Assembly: GCA_046497275.1 (NCBI GenBank)
Contig: JAWOFX010000054.1
Coordinates: 1-32,000 of the forward strand
From: Promethearchaeia archaeon
GTDB taxonomy: Archaea > Asgardarchaeota > Lokiarchaeia > Sigyniarchaeales > SOKP01
Direction of reading: 5' to 3'
DNA: 32,000 bases
Shown here: piece after piece, positions 27,994 through 32,000 of the stretch
Layout: every line of letters begins with the position of its first letter
Numbering within the stretch: the first letter of the stretch is position 1
Program-made: the position numbers and the translations under genes
The notes under the pieces: model-generated
What the model was told of the DNA's origin: nothing
The model's database searches: none
What the model saw: only the letters and a program-made list of their open reading frames with translations

Positions 27994-28275
27994 TCACTTT
28001 AAAAAATTACTAAAAGGTTTCTTTTTTTGATATTGATTTAATTTAACCTGTTTAAGTTCTTTTAGTATTTTTGATTTGTTTTCCAAGTTTTCAAATATTT
28101 TTGGGATATTTTTTGCTAAGATGGTGATATTATCATATGCTGCGGTACGAAAAAAGTCGTCTTCATCAAGACTCATCTCAAATATTTTTGCTAATCCTTT
28201 GATTGCTTCTTTCATATCACTTATTGATTTTAAAGAATTAATGGTTTCCATGGAATCAACTTGTTCAGAATTCAT
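27994..28275 (-). CDS. Hypothetical small helical protein (gene X), convergent with the acxC remnant
   Basis: 93-aa ATG-started ORF; conservation with its paralog at 26499-26770 supports that it is coding. Confidence 0.7.
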   Translation of the reverse strand: MNSEQVDSMETINSLKSISDMKEAIKGLAKIFEMSLDEDDFFRTAAYDNITILAKNIPKIFENLENKSKILKELKQVKLNQYQKKKPFSNFLK

Positions 28276-28512
28276 TTTTAAAAAGCTTTTTATTTATTCT
28301 TATGATATTATAAATACTAATTGTATAAAAATGTGCAGAAAAAGGTATTAATCTTTATATAGTCATGACTCTTTTCATCACTTTCACTAATATTTTGCAT
28401 ATAAAAAAATCATAAAAATTTAATACTGTTCCATTTTAAATACTGATTCAAATGCTTATTGATATAATTTTAGGATAAAATTTTAGAATTTTACATTATT
28501 TGTGTATATAAT

Positions 28513-28911
28513 ATGGAAGAAAACAATAAAGAAGAAACAACAATAAAGGAGTATATTGGTCCCGGATTGGGATTAATTGGAGGGATAATGCTTCTTTTGG
28601 TTTCTATTCTCTTTTTCTCAGAATATAGTCTTATATTAGAATTTTATCCTTTATTAATAGTTCCAGAAATAATCACTCCTATTTTGGCAATTAGTGCCAT
28701 TATTTCTTCATTATTGACTATGAATAGAAGGAGCTATGGAAAATTTATTCTTTTTTTTGTAGGAATAGTTGCTTGTATCACCAATTTCATCCCAATTCAA
28801 ACTATACCTATTGATGGTGGAATGTTGAATATAACAATAAGCGGAAACTTTTTTATTATTGATCCTCTCCTTGTTGCTGTGGGGGGTCTTTTTAGCCTGT
28901 TTTTTAATTAA
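28513..28911 (+). CDS. Hypothetical membrane protein (about 4 TM)
   Basis: 132 aa, mostly hydrophobic helices after a short acidic N-terminus. Confidence 0.6.
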   Translation: MEENNKEETTIKEYIGPGLGLIGGIMLLLVSILFFSEYSLILEFYPLLIVPEIITPILAISAIISSLLTMNRRSYGKFILFFVGIVACITNFIPIQTIPIDGGMLNITISGNFFIIDPLLVAVGGLFSLFFN

Positions 28912-28992
28912 GATTAAAAAATCAATCTTTATTTTGAAGATCTAATTTTTAAATAAAGTAAAAAGAGGATTAAGAAAGATGTTCTTTCATCA

Positions 28993-30057
28993 TTATTTCA
29001 AAAGGAGATCCCAATCCAATGTATCTTTAACTAAATCAACAACAATATCAATTTCGTCCTCTTGTATTCCAGGTTTTATTTTTTCCATATTCCTAAGGGT
29101 AGTATAAGTATCAGAAGGACTAAGAATAATCGGAATATTTTTATTGTTAGCGGCAGTAATTACGGAAGTGTCAGGTTTAATAAATCCCGTTAAGATCAAG
29201 CAAGACACATCCTCATTAAGAGCAGTGAGAAGAAGATCAGACCTGTCACCTCCAGTAATAAACGCAACATTTTTGACCTGTCGTAAATATTTTAAAGCCG
29301 ATTGGGGACCCATAGCTCCCACTAAATAAGTTTCTGCTCGATTTTCGAGGGCAGACGAAGCAGCTTCATTTATTAATGTTCCTCCAATTGACTCTTTGAT
29401 CTCTGATACGCGTGGAGCTAATAATTTTAGACTTTTTCCTACAATTCCAATTATAGGAATGTCATATCTTTCAATATGTTCTTCTTTTAATTCTTTAATT
29501 CTGGCGAAATATTCATGATCAATCTTATTAAAAATAATTCCTTTAATTTTGATGTTTCGATAATCAAAATATTTCTTAGTAAAGAACAAATTATCGATAC
29601 ATTTATCTGACGATTCCGTTTCAATGTATACTAATTCATTTATAGCTAATGCTTGAGCAATACTTACATCATCTACCCCTACACGTATATATTTCTTTAT
29701 ACTTTGAGCGCCCTCTATTATGATATAATCATATTGCTTTTGAGCCTCTTGGTATGCGTTTTTAATATCATTCAGAAAAATTTCCTTTTGGTCAGCATTA
29801 ATAAGATCGATATAATAACATTCTGGAATTGAAATTGGAGAGAGTATATCATATGGAAGTTCTGTAATATCTACACAACTTTGCAAGAATCCCACATCAG
29901 TATCTGCTTTATTGGTAAACGTTGATTTTGGGATTCCAATAGGTTTAAAATACCCAATTTTTTTACCTTCTTTTTTCAATTTCTGTATAATACCGACAGA
30001 AAGTAAAGTTTTTCCCACTCTCTCGTTTAATGAACATAAATAAATTCCTTTAGCCAT
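28993..30057 (-). CDS. Phosphotransacetylase N-terminal (BioD-like + DRTGG domain) family protein
   Basis: P-loop-like RVGKTLLS, IGYFKPIG, IIIEGA, and ITGGDRSD...LILTG of the DRTGG domain. No Pta catalytic domain. Confidence 0.85.
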   Translation of the reverse strand: MAKGIYLCSLNERVGKTLLSVGIIQKLKKEGKKIGYFKPIGIPKSTFTNKADTDVGFLQSCVDITELPYDILSPISIPECYYIDLINADQKEIFLNDIKNAYQEAQKQYDYIIIEGAQSIKKYIRVGVDDVSIAQALAINELVYIETESSDKCIDNLFFTKKYFDYRNIKIKGIIFNKIDHEYFARIKELKEEHIERYDIPIIGIVGKSLKLLAPRVSEIKESIGGTLINEAASSALENRAETYLVGAMGPQSALKYLRQVKNVAFITGGDRSDLLLTALNEDVSCLILTGFIKPDTSVITAANNKNIPIILSPSDTYTTLRNMEKIKPGIQEDEIDIVVDLVKDTLDWDLLLK

Positions 30058-30128
30058 TGTTATCTTCTCTAATTTTTTATTTTTAATCTATTTTATTATT
30101 TTATAAATTCTTTAATATTTTTATCAAT

Positions 30129-32000
30129 CTAATTTTCTTTTCGTGAAATCACACATTTAATATCCACAGCACTATATCCATCAATAAAAGATAATAGGGG
30201 ATTAATGTCTATTTCGACAATTTCAGGGAAATCATTCACTAATTGTGCCATTCTTTGAAGTACTTCGATTACAGCATCTATATCTGATGGCTGTTCTCCC
30301 CTTACGCCTTGAAGTAAACGATATACTTTAGTTTCTTGTAGCATAGATATTGCATCCTCTCTCGTAAATTTATATGAAAGTGCAAATGCTACATCTTGTA
30401 AAAAATTTGCATATATACCTCCTGATCCTACCATCAACATAGGACCAAATTGTGGGTCTCTGGACATTCCTAAAATTAATTCATTCACTTTTTCTTTCTT
30501 GCTAAAATCAATCATTTCTTGGACTTCTACTCCATAAATTTTAGCATTTTGTGGTCCAAATTTTTTTGTTTTATTTACTATTTCAATGTAGGCTTCAAAA
30601 GCTTCTTCAGGTTTATTAATATTTTTTACAATTCCCCCGATATCCGATTTGTGGGTGATCTGGGGGCTGACAATTTTCATTATTGCTTTTCCTATTTCTG
30701 GTTGTATTTCCATAGCTTCACGTGGCGTATTTGCTAATCTTGATTTAGGAGCTTTTATTCCGTAATATTCAAACATCTCTGCAGTTTCTGTTCCTATTAA
30801 AACTGTTCTTTCATCTTTTCTGACATTCTGGATTATCTCACTCACTCTTTCCCGGTTTACTTCAAATTCGGGGATATCTAACTCTGAAATTGGTTTTTCA
30901 TCAAGATACCATCTCCTTTTTATCATAGTTTTTAGTGAATGAGCTCCTCGATCTGGAAATTGATAACAAGGAATATAATGGTCTTTAAGGAACTTTTTTC
31001 CTTCTGCAATTGATTTTTGCCCTATAAAAGAGCAAATTAATGTTTTATTTGCAAGGTGCTTCGATTTTGTTTCATAAATTAACTCAGCCACTTTAGTAGG
31101 TTTCGTTTGTGGTTGGGGTGTTAATATTATTAATACTCCTTCCGTATTAATTTGATTTTGATCAAGATTCTCATCATTAGCTTTACTATTAATTCCAAAT
31201 AAAGTTTTCAAGGTAAAAATGTATCTTTCTGGAGTAGCATCTCCTACTATATCTACGGGATTAAAAATAGCAGCTTCTTCAGGTAAATTTTCTCTAAGGC
31301 TGTGCAAAATATTTTCTGAAAATTCAGCTAATTTTAAACCCTCTGAAGAAAAAGCATCAGTGGCAACTATTCCAGGACCACCAGCGTTAGTTATAATTGA
31401 GAATGAATTTTTTTTTGGAATCGGTTGAAACAAAAATATTTCGCCAAAATCGAAGAGATCCTCAATTGTTTCTGCTCTTATTACCCCACATTTATTAAAT
31501 GCTAAAGAATACGCTTTATCTGAGCCAGCTAATGCTCCTGTATGACTGGATGCTGCTCTTGCGCCTGCCTCACTCTTTCCAGCTTTTAATATTACAATTG
31601 GTTTTTTCCTGGAAGCTTTAGGCACAACTTCTAAAAATCTATCTCCATCTTTGACATTTTCTAAATAGCATAGAATTACTTTTACATTATCATCATTCGC
31701 AAGGTATTCAATAAAATCGACGGCACCTAGATCAGCTTTATTTCCCAAACTTATATTACAATAAAATCCATAGCTTTGTTCCATAGAATAGTCCATCATA
31801 CCTGTAAGCATCGCTCCAGATTGAGAAATCATAGCAATCTCTCCTTCTTTAGGTGTCTCCATCGCAAAGGAGCCATTATAATGAGTTCCAATAAAACCTA
31901 AGCAGTTGGGACCAAGTATTCTCATATTATATTTTTTTGCGACTTCTTTTAATTTTTCCTCTCTTTCTGCCCCTTCGCCACCAATTTCCTTAAAACCCGC
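30129..32000 (-). CDS. ADP-forming acetate/acyl-CoA synthetase, fused alpha-beta type (5' end outside window)
   Basis: The frame is open to the window edge (AGFKEIGGEGAEREE...MRILGPNCLG). Motifs ISQSGA, SLGNKAD, ASSHTGALAGSD (phospho-His), TNAGGPG, NPVD, and an ATP-grasp region MKIVSPQITHKSDIGG...DINPL. Confidence 0.93.
   Translation of the reverse strand, partial: AGFKEIGGEGAEREEKLKEVAKKYNMRILGPNCLGFIGTHYNGSFAMETPKEGEIAMISQSGAMLTGMMDYSMEQSYGFYCNISLGNKADLGAVDFIEYLANDDNVKVILCYLENVKDGDRFLEVVPKASRKKPIVILKAGKSEAGARAASSHTGALAGSDKAYSLAFNKCGVIRAETIEDLFDFGEIFLFQPIPKKNSFSIITNAGGPGIVATDAFSSEGLKLAEFSENILHSLRENLPEEAAIFNPVDIVGDATPERYIFTLKTLFGINSKANDENLDQNQINTEGVLIILTPQPQTKPTKVAELIYETKSKHLANKTLICSFIGQKSIAEGKKFLKDHYIPCYQFPDRGAHSLKTMIKRRWYLDEKPISELDIPEFEVNRERVSEIIQNVRKDERTVLIGTETAEMFEYYGIKAPKSRLANTPREAMEIQPEIGKAIMKIVSPQITHKSDIGGIVKNINKPEEAFEAYIEIVNKTKKFGPQNAKIYGVEVQEMIDFSKKEKVNELILGMSRDPQFGPMLMVGSGGIYANFLQDVAFALSYKFTREDAISMLQETKVYRLLQGVRGEQPSDIDAVIEVLQRMAQLVNDFPEIVEIDINPLLSFIDGYSAVDIKCVISRKEN

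Noticed and set aside
2498-31428. Short opposite-strand ORFs in the track (e.g. 2498-2740, 3547-3828, 4855-5052, 6960-7253, 7901-8095, 8405-8593, 9527-9811, 13574-13759, 15491-15742, 17875-18057, 21542-21766, 23809-23991, 25771-25962, 26974-27171, 28076-28351, 29144-29329, 30519-30737, 31219-31428)
   Set aside because: All overlap well-supported genes on the other strand and look like reverse-complement codon artefacts.
1-32000. tRNA, rRNA, CRISPR array, IS elements
   Set aside because: No GC-rich structured RNA segments, regularly spaced repeats, terminal inverted repeats or transposase ORFs were seen by eye.

Overview
Low-GC (by eye about 30%) archaeal chromosomal window, most consistent with an Asgard archaeon of the Lokiarchaeia/Promethearchaeia type. 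This is inferred from a single-domain gelsolin, two roadblock proteins, a vWA-RING protein, GGAGGTGA ribosome-binding sites and T-tract terminators. It holds about 27 coding regions. No rRNA, tRNA, CRISPR array or recognisable mobile element was seen. Main content: a vWA protein with two C4HC3 fingers, an M20 hydrolase, a 1182-aa surface protein, tandem roadblocks, an MBL hydrolase, FGase, an NrdG-like activase, an HdrD/GlcF-like Fe-S protein, a 7TM protein, an Old Yellow Enzyme, an orphan m6A MTase, AlaX, gelsolin, rhomboid, a coiled-coil protein, a PadR + HAAS-membrane pair, a frameshifted AAC(3)/YokD gene, a complete acetone-carboxylase-like acxABC operon, and a Pta-N/DRTGG + ADP-forming acyl-CoA synthetase pair that runs off the right edge. 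Reading beyond the ORF track shows a hidden relic duplication: the unit [acxC 3' end -> terminator <- small gene X] occurs twice, at 26.4-26.8 kb and 27.8-28.3 kb, with reciprocal decay. All calls come from motif recognition by eye; no database searches were run.
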